Shown piece by piece: positions 9,212-18,300 of a stretch of DNA of 34,215 nt (position 1 is its first letter; each line of letters begins with the position of its first letter). Location of the stretch: positions 52,128 to 86,342 of the forward strand of contig NW_008246164.1 of the NCBI RefSeq assembly GCF_000281045.1. The letters run 5' to 3'. Below the pieces are notes generated by a model. It saw nothing but the letters and a program-made list of their open reading frames with translations. It ran no database searches and was not told the origin of the DNA. Source of the stretch: Saprolegnia diclina VS20. Lineage: Eukaryota. The position numbers and the translations under genes were made by a program.

Positions 9212-9693
9212 ATGGCCGCAACGGAGGCGTGAGGGATGTTGCCGTGACCATTGAACGCGAGCATGACGACGAGATGGAGCGGATCATGGACGAGAAGGCT
9301 GAAGTCGACGCCAAGCGCGTCTGCCAGCGAGTGCTTGCTGCTCCGGACCTGAATTCGGCGCAAGTACGTTCTGTGCACGCTGCGCTGGACGACGCGGCTC
9401 GAGCCATCGACAACCTGCGAGCAGAATTGAGTACGCCAGCCTCGCACAAGCGTGCGTTGGACTGCGTCCTTGAAGAGCGTGACGCATTCCTGCAGCTCCA
9501 AGTGGCCTTGGACGAAAAGACACGCGAAGTCGACGAGATGAAGGACCAGTTTGAGCGCAGCGTAGCAGTGGTGCGCACGGCCATTGGCGGCGCGCTGCCA
9601 CACGACGCCTCCGCGCACCGCGCCGCCAAGCGATTACGGCCAGCGTCAGGCGCAGTCGTGCCACGGCCACCCTCACGAGGCAGCCAACCATAA
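9212..9693 (+). pseudogene. Coiled-coil paralogue F, probably frameshifted near its start
   Basis: ATG 9212 reads MAATEA* (TGA 9230-9232). The homologous frame (RDVAVTIEREHDDEMERIMDEK...TPASHKRALDCVLEERDAF...AAKRLRP) is offset by one base. ATG 9160 is in frame with the homologous region, so an intact gene is not excluded. Confidence 0.55.
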
Positions 9694-10178
9694 AAGCATA
9701 TTGTCATCGCTTTTGTATGACATATTGACGCTGCTACTCGAATGCTTACGAGATATTTGGTTGGGATCATGTATGGACTGTCATAGAGACGCTCGTGGCA
9801 GCAGCTCCGAAACTAGGAAAAGCTACAAACAAAGCGTTTATAAACCAAGGTGTACTTTTGCATAGCAAATAACTTAGTTGATCAACAACTTTCGGTGTCG
9901 AGATCGCACCTGCATACATGAACCAAGGACATGAAATGGGTCGTACGATGGCAGTCTCGCTTGCTCGTTGTCTCTGCACGGGCTCGCTGTTGCCTCGGCC
10001 ACAAACCTCCAAGTCTTTTGTGCGTTGAAATGAGTTATTCTCAAGTGTTTTATGCGTTGCGTAATGCATTAGAAATAACATTTTCGAGCGTCCAAGCAAA
10101 ACCGTATTGCGATCTTCCAAGATCCGATTTGAAACAGTCCGTCGCTGTTGACCGAGTCAGCGTGCATCGACATCTAAC

Positions 10179-13100
10179 ATGCCAACGCTATTCTCGGGCT
10201 ACGGTACTAGCCTGCCCCCATTACCGGTAGCTTCGCGGCGTCCGGACAATGCAGCCAAGTGCCGCCACCACCACCTCGGCCTGCTCACGTGCGTCGCACT
10301 TGCTGGCCTCGGCTGTCTGTACTTCATGGCGCATTCACCCACGGCTCCTTCCGCTGTCCGGCTCGAGGCATCGACGCCGGTCGACGTCTTGAATGAGAAA
10401 GTAGCAGCCTTGCGGCGCGACGAAGCCATTGCGCGCTTCCAAGCACAAGTAGCGTCGGCGAATTTCGCCACGTCCGTGACCGACGCGTTCGACAAGCTCT
10501 TGACGTGCCTTGCGATCGGCTACAAGCAGGTATGTGTTTCTTGGTACAGCAATACCTAGCCCTTGGTATAACCCCACGCCATCTAGCTCGGCGAGATGCA
10601 GCATCCTGTGGACTACAACTGGACCCAAGGCCTGACGCAATTGCAAGCCAACTGTGCGCGTACGCCGGCGACGGCGCCGCCGGTCGTCCTTGTGCCACCA
10701 TCGGTGCCCGGAAGCAATGCTTCGACGCTGCCGCGCTTGACCCGCACGGCGATCCTTGGCTTTGTCGTGCAGCAAAAGGTGACTGCGATCGCCGAAGCCA
10801 CGGCCGCGAACGCGTCGATGGTGTTGGTCGACGCAACCGCAGCGTTCTTTGAAAAGCTGTGGAACTGCACCAACACCACAATTGCTCAGGTAGTGTAGCG
10901 TAAGGCTATAGATGATCGGTGTTGACGGCGTCGGTAGCTGCCACCGACTGCAACGCTCGGCATCGACGACGTTCAAGCCATTGCCTATGTGGTCCAAACG
11001 ACATGCATGACGACGAGTCCATCGGTGTCAATGACGCCGACGCCGGCTCCAGTGACATTACGTCCGACACCGACCGCGACAACAGAACCGGTGCCAACAA
11101 CGATGGCGAGTTTGTCGCTATCGCCGACGCCAACGTCCACGATATTGACCGATGCGCCGCCCGTCGATGTATCGACAGCACCGGTACTGGTGACTGCGAC
11201 GCCGACACCGACACTGGACGACGCCACTATGGTGCCGTCACCAACAACGAGCACTCCGTCGGATAACGATACCACTGCCCCATCGACGACGATGCCCTCA
11301 TCGCCATCGACAAATCGCCCAACGCTGCTACCAGACACGACAGCTCCCGTATCGACACCGCCGCCCAACTCGGGTGAAAACACAACTGCACCGAGCGTCA
11401 TAACAACGCCGCCAGTTGATGGCACCGATCTGACGCCAGTGCCAAGTGCGCTCACTAGCATTCCCACTAGTGGCGATTTTCAGACGACGACGCCCGTGCC
11501 GTCGACCCCAGCAATGACCACATCGAGCGATGAGCCGTCACCTACAGTCCCAGTACCGGCACCATCGGCGAGCATTGGACCGCCATCGGGTTCGGGAAGC
11601 TCGAATGCACCACCGCCAACGACGCTTCCAGGGGTCACGAGTGTTGCACCGGCAAGCACGGCCGTCGCGTCGACAACGACGTTGCCATCGACGTTATCCA
11701 CTTCTCCGTCGACGACTGCGCCCGTCGAAACTGCGGCCCCGACGGCGTCTCCCGATGCAACAATGAGTCCAAGTGCGACGCCACCACCGACAATTTCGAC
11801 GTCAGCTGCGCCGACAACAGCGATGCTAATTGTCGAGACTACGCCACCGATATCGACAGCCCCAATGGAAACGAGCGCACCACCAAGTACGAGCACAAAC
11901 ATTGCGTATCCGTCAACAACACCGTCGCCATTGGTGACGATACTGCCGTCACCGTCTGAACTTCCGTCAACGCTAGTGCCACCACCGATCCCAATATCGT
12001 GGGCGCCGACACCAGAAACTACAACTTCCGAACCCACAGAGCCGTCACGTATACCAACCCCGGCACCGGCGACTGCATCACCAAGCTCGTCGACGCCTCC
12101 ACCGACAACGTTACCGGCCGAGCCGTCGATACCGGACCCGACGCCCACTCCAGTCGTCACGATGACGACGCCCGCACCGTCCAGCGATCCACCCGCGACA
12201 CTTGCGGTGACGACGTTGCCAGTGGTAACAGAGCCACCAGCGCCACCACCCTCGACCTCTCAAACGCCGTCGCTGGAGCCGATCGCGACGCCATCAACAG
12301 CGGCGCCAATAGCGACATCGCTAGGGCCTCCACCTGTGACAAGCTCCATCGAGCCAGCAACACCATCTAGTACTCCGGCGTCTTCTGCTCCGTCGAGCCC
12401 TGAACCTACCACGTCACTACCAACCAAGGCACCAGCTGCCCCAACGTCAGATGCCCCTACGTCAGATGCGCCATCGCCATCGCCTGCACCAACAACGACA
12501 CCGACACCGACGCCTGCATCAACTCCTGCATTAACTCCTGCACCAACTCCTGCACCAACGCCTGCACCGACGCCTGCATCAACTCCTGCACCGACGCCTG
12601 CACCAACGCCCGCACCGACGCCTGTACCACCGCCGACGTACACGGTGGCCCCCACCGCGCCACCGAATGCGCCTGTCACATTTGCCCTTGGATCGTGCAG
12701 CGCTGAGAGCAGTATGTCGGTTGTATCGCGCACGACACTGGGGCAACACGCTTTTACACTCCGCGCAAGCAACAGGTACACGTCTCTTCTCAACTCGATC
12801 TCACATATTGTAGTCTCTTTGGCGACCCGTGCCCGACAGTATACAAACGACTTGGTGTTCAGTTTCTTTGTGGAAATGGACCAAGCGCCGTCGCTGTCGC
12901 CGCCTCGGCGCCTGCCTCTTCGTTCATGCGGCTTGCGTGCCCCACCGCATACCACGTCCATCGAATCGACGCTGCATTTTTTGGCAACACCGCCGCCGGG
13001 TGCTCGACGTCGGCCATCGATGAAGTCCAAGCTGCGTGTTTGGGGACCAATGTATGTCAAGTGGCAGCCTCCAGGACGTACGTACCATCGTCCATATCGG

Positions 13101-13628
13101 CTTCCAGCACTGTGTTGGTGCGTAGGACCTTTGGACGTCCGTGTCCGACGAGCATTCCGACGACGCTTCTCATTGAGGCGACGTGTACACCGGACTGGAA
13201 TCTTGATGGAAGCGCGCCAACGTTCGTTATCCAACACGTTTTGCCCCAAGACACGTTCAAGCAGATTGCATGCCCCGGGGTACTGACCGTCGCGCAGGTC
13301 CTCTTTGCTAGTTTTGGCAACCCGACGATGGCCTCGGGCCTCGAGAGCGGCTCGTTAAACAACGACGTTGAAGCCGCTTTGCAGCAGCGCCTTATCGCGG
13401 GCTACGGCGGCGACACGGCCAGCACCGAGCGCCGGTACTACGCCTTGCTCACGCGCAAGCGGGTCCATGGCGCGTGCCTCGCGGCGGCACTGGCAACGGT
13501 ACGCACCTCACGCTTCATTTCGACTGCAACACGCTGGGCGGTAGCTCCACGGACCGCACAACGAATCGCAAGCGGCGGACGCGGCGGCCATCGCACAGCG
13601 CTGTGTCGAGCGCGCGTCGTCGCTATAA
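10179..13628 (+). CDS. Type II membrane mucin-like (Pro/Thr/Ser-rich) protein with C-terminal SUEL/galactose-binding lectin-like domains
   Basis: Introns 10530-10586, 10890-10937, 12776-12813, 13078-13125 and 13499-13544 join the ORF pieces in frame to TAA 13626-13628. There is a hydrophobic segment LGLLTCVALAGLGCLYFMA near the N-terminus and a ~550-aa P/T/S stalk. Spliced lectin signatures are ASNSLFGDPCPTVYKRLGVQFLC and LACP...IDAAFFG...ACLGTNVCQVAASRTTFGRPCP. The 3' end is less certain. Confidence 0.75.
12498..12630 (+). repeat. 12-bp coding tandem repeat encoding (TPAP/TPAS)n
   Basis: About 10 units of ac[gt]cc[tc]gca[ct]c[ag], e.g. actcctgcacca and acgcctgcaccg. Confidence 0.9.
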
Positions 13629-14544
13629 AGGCTAGTCATATTGGTAACCCCGCGCCGCCGCCTGCGCAGCCACGGACCGGTGAGCGAATGAAGAAGAAGG
13701 AGATTGCTAGTCTCTACGTATGCGAAGTCTTTGTGTAATAATGAAGATAACGCGAAACACGTCCAAATATATATATTGGTATCTCGAACAAAAAGTGTAC
13801 GTCGTTGCGTGTCGAAGAAGATACTACCTGCGACATGCGCGCCTTGATGCGCGACGGGTTCCGAAAACTCACTCGCCTGCGATCAGCCGTGCGCTTCAAC
13901 GTTTGCCGAGTCTGGTTCGACCCATGACTCGCAACCGAGGCGGTCGTGACCATGCACCGGTAGCGCCGCCGATCAGTAGCGGGAGTCGCGGCTACCGGTA
14001 CGTCCGACCGTACAGTGTACGATGCATACAATGTGCTGTCGGCATGTCGGTCTCGTGGTCTTCGGGCCATTGACATTGACGCCACATTTCTCAAATCTCG
14101 CTGCGATATGCACCCTTGAGTTTGAGCCGAGATACCACGGTGGGCGGCGTCCAAAAGCAACGGTTGGTCTCATCCACCGATCGTATCGCATCGCCCGAGG
14201 AGCTACGCGGTGTCGATGTCCTTCGCGGTCGCTACACGGACAACTTGTCGTCTCCGCCACCGCCACTTTGCACTTTGCCTCAGCCGCTCCGTGTCCCGTG
14301 TGCAGAGTGGGGGCGCGTCCAGCAATTATATTGCTGATCGCTGCGTACCCGATACAAAGACGACGTTGTCTATGTTGTGGGATGAAATAATAGTTTGGCG
14401 CCATCTGGTGGTGGCTGTCTCCTCGCCGCCCGAGATGGATCGGTGATCTTCAAGCATTTCCATCTTGGCGCGATATCGCGCAGCACCCGAATGCCACGCA
14501 GCGACCAGACCCCAATCGACCCTTCTTCACACACGACCTTTAGC

Positions 14545-15036
14545 ATGACGCTCACGCTCGCGGTCGGCTTTACGATTAGCTTTCTCTCATCGCTATTGAG
14601 CGTCTGTGCGGCAGAGCCGTTCGAAGCCCACGTGTACGAGTCCAAGACTGCTGTGACCAAGTCCAACCTCTCGCGCCAGCCATCGCGCTCGCGGCTCTCC
14701 AAGCGCAGTCTCTCCAAGAGCCTCCTCCTCACAGGCTCGAACCTCCTCTTGTCCGAGTACTTCTGGCTTCTCGACAACCTCGAGCGACTCGTGCACCATG
14801 CGACCATGTACGGCCTCGACATGACGACCGGGGCCATCTACTTGAAGCGACTCAAGACGATCCGCAGCGTCGTGGCGGCCAAACCCTCTGAGGTTTGTCA
14901 ATGGCTGCCGCTGCTCGATGACATTCTGTCGGCGCTCAACGCGTACGCCGACGACTTCAAGCGTATGGACCTCTGGTACCAAGTGATCGAGTGCGACACC
15001 GTCATGGACGAGCTGCGAGAGGCCTGCGAGACGTGA
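14545..15036 (+). CDS. Uncharacterised small protein (~163 aa), possible signal peptide
   Basis: Intronless, GC3-rich ORF. From ATG 14545 it begins MTLTLAVGFTISFLSSLLSVCAA/EP, followed by an S/R/K-rich linker and a helical C-terminal part. An upstream ATG at 14491 is also in frame. Confidence 0.6.
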   Translation: MTLTLAVGFTISFLSSLLSVCAAEPFEAHVYESKTAVTKSNLSRQPSRSRLSKRSLSKSLLLTGSNLLLSEYFWLLDNLERLVHHATMYGLDMTTGAIYLKRLKTIRSVVAAKPSEVCQWLPLLDDILSALNAYADDFKRMDLWYQVIECDTVMDELREACET

Positions 15037-15372
15037 GCGCCTGTATTTAAGATGTGAATTCGACTGCTATTTCTTATATCTACAACCACGATGTGACGTT
15101 CATGGTTGCTGCTCCTTGGCACGTGACGAGGCAACAAGCTGCGACAGTGGACGCTGCTTCTTCGGTGGTCAAAGGACGCACCAAGATCCCCACGTCGGGC
15201 GTGATGGCACCGCATCAACTGTATGGGAAGCACTAGTTTCGAATGTCCCTCCGACGCCGGTATCAAGGACATGACGATTTCCTCAACTAAGGTCGTTTCT
15301 ATATATCACAATGTTCTATTACTTGCCTTGCAACGCGAAGTGCAATCCCGCGCGCCACCAAAGCGTCTCCTA

Positions 15373-18300
15373 CTAGGTCCGCATCGAGTTGAGGTACTTG
15401 ATGTCGAGCCAAATCTTGGGCTTGCCCTCGTCGGCAACCAAGTCGAACGCCAGCGGCTCCGTGATCGGTGCCGCGCTCTTGGTCTCCGACTCGGTGCTGC
15501 CGCGGTCGTCCTTGGCGTCCGCAAGCAGCATCTCACTGCCCAATGTGCTTGCCCGGTTGAACGTCGCTTCCCACGCCGGCTCGGAAGAGACGGGTGCAGT
15601 CGTCGACGTCGACGTCGGTACCTTCTTCTTCTTCTTCTTCTTCGAAGACTTGGCGTCGGCGTCGTCGTTGCCAACGACGACGGCCGTAAAGAGACTGCCG
15701 CCGTGGACCTTGCGCGACTTGAGTTTCTCCTTGACGAGCGCACTCGACTTGAAGCGGGACGGCATCGCATGAAAGTGCTTGTACACGTCTTCAATTGACA
15801 GCGTCAGCGTGCCGAGAATCTTCTTTGGGATCGGCTTGCGCTTGTGGGCGACGACAAAGAGGAGCGCCATGTCCACCGACGTCACGTCGACCACGCGCGA
15901 CTGGTCGAAGCGCGGCGCCGCCGTGTTGCGCAGCGTGTCCGTCTTAAACTTGTCGACGAGGCGGCTTGGGACGCCGTCGCCATCGAGCTCGACCAGCTGT
16001 ACATAGACTTGGACGCTGTAGTTCATCGCAAGCCCCGTGACGCGATCGATGCGCACTTCCATCTCGGAAATGATGTTGGACTCCGAGAGCGACTTGAGCG
16101 GCGCCGACTCGAGCTTGCGGGCAATGCGCCGCGTGCCATCAAAGTCCTTGTCGTCCATGAGGTGCGTCGTGTTGTGGACGCTCTGCGAGAGCTTCTCGAT
16201 GACGCCGAGCGTGCCAATGAACGGCGACGCGACAAGCCCCAACGTGCCTTGGCCGACGCCCTTGGCAAACCCCTTGAACCCGTCGTCCTTGGCACCTTGC
16301 ATGGGCTTGGTCACGAGGCCCGACACGCCGTTTGCGAGCGATTTGCCGAGCAGCACACCGCCTTGCAGCAAGCCTTCGGGTACGTGGCGTGGCTCGTGGT
16401 CGGCCTCTTGGTTCTTCGAGTACGTGGCCTTTTTCAAAATGTCGCCAAAGCCATTCGCTGCCTTCCCGATCGCATCCGACGGCGCGCCGACAAGCGTCTG
16501 CATGAGGATGACCGCGCCTTGGCCCTTCTTGTCCGACTCGCCCTTGAAGTCGCGCTTCGTTTGGCGCGCGGCGAGCGCAATGCCGTCCGTAATCTCGTTG
16601 AAGAGCCCGACCGGGTCGCCCATGAGCTCGAGACTGCCGACCACCTTGTACCACTGGCCGAGCATGTTGCCGACGAGGCAGTCCCAGAGGATGATATTGT
16701 ACATCAAATCGTCCTTGTACACAAACTTGTCGGCCATGATGAGCGGATGGATCGCAAACTCCGGTGTGACGTGCGCAATGCCGCCGAGGATGCTTCCGGC
16801 CGTATTGCCAAGCAGCGAGAGCAAGTACGAGTCGGCCGCGTCCGGGTCCGAGTTGAAAACGAGTTGCAAGACGTACGACGACACGGTGCACGCGCGCACA
16901 TACATGTTTTGGCCGAGCGTCGACGGGTCCGGCCACGCCACGCGGTGCGCCAAGAGCTCGGCCGCGGCCGCGATCCCGGCCGCGACGACCTCGTCGTAAG
17001 TCTGCGGCGGCCAAAAGAGACTGTAAAAGATGTCGAGCACGTGCAGCGCATAGTCCAAGTTGATCTTGAGCGCCAGCGAGCCAATACAGGCCGAGAGTTC
17101 GTCGACGATGAGCATGTCGCCGTCATAGTACGAGTCAATGACGAGATGCAGCCACGGATGCTCGCCATGCTCGGCGCGCCAGCCTTCGCGCTTGTGGCTG
17201 TTGAACCCCGAATCGATTGGCGCCAAAAAGATCGGGTACATGGTATGCGGCGTCATGTCGTCCAGCTGCAAATGATGCAGCTCGTACGTTGTGCTGTGCG
17301 AGTGCGCCGGCGACAGCATGCGCAGGCCTTCCATCGTTATGTTCATGATCTCGCGCGGCGTCTGGTCGACGATCGTCACGCCGAGGCCGTGCAAGCCGAC
17401 TTCGAGCGCCATCGCAAACATAGCGTCGGGCACGAGCGTGCGCCGGTCGTGGTGGTAGACAGGTCCGTCGCCGACCGCCAAGACGCGCGTCGTACCGTCA
17501 ATGTACACCTCGCCGTGCAGATAGATGTGGCCGTCGTCCGGCGTCAGGCGCTCGAGTCGGTGCACCGACTGCATTTCCACGAGCACCGGGACGCGCGACG
17601 AGCCGACAAACACCTTGAGCCTAACGTCCTTGCCAATCGGCATGTCCCACGCGTACGAGTGCCACGACCGCGGCGGCAGCACAATCTCTTCCGCGTGCTT
17701 GACCCCGAGCTGCGCGTACCGGATCGCATACTGCGTCGACCGGTTCTCGATGCGAAGCTCCGGAGTCCGTGTCCGGTCGCGCAGCGTCACAAAGGTCGAG
17801 AGGCCGTCGGGCTGCACGTCGAGCTCGACGATCGGCGCGTCGCTCAGCGGACCCCGGAGCCACATGCTCGCGACCGATTTCTCGGCTAGCGGCAGCGACG
17901 GTCCCCACGGCCCGGGTTCCGTCAGCGTCGGCGGGGCCAGTAGAGCGTCGCGGAGACGCACGCCGGGTACATGACTGTCCTTGCCGACAAACTTGTACAC
18001 GATGAGCGCGCTCTCGGGCTTGAGGCCGACGTTGATCTTGGCCGTTTCCACCGGCAGCTGCGACGGCGCGCCCTTATGCAGCGTGAGCGGCGTCAGCTGC
18101 AATGGCCGCCCGACGTCGTTCTTGATGACGAAGCGCGGTACGAGCCGGAGAATCTTCGTGTGCTGGAACTGCCCTGGCGCCGCGAGGATTTCGTAGCCAA
18201 GGACGCACGCCGTGAGGCCGCACGACACCTGCGCCCGCGTGCCGACGGCGGCCAAGTCGATCGACTCGGAGAACGGTACGCGCTTGAAATCCGGAAGGTA

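Noticed and set aside
3096..9693. Calling the coiled-coil family bZIP/Maf transcription factors
   Set aside because: The ERD-containing zipper-like segment is generic coiled coil. No N-x7-R/K basic region is consistently placed before it.
12777..13286. C-terminal 170 aa of the 765-aa ORF, or an apparent frameshift
   Set aside because: It is explained by the 38-bp intron 12776-12813, which moves translation into the lectin frame.
14660..14730. RxLR effector motif
   Set aside because: The region has RSRLSKRSLS but no RxLR and no downstream dEER.
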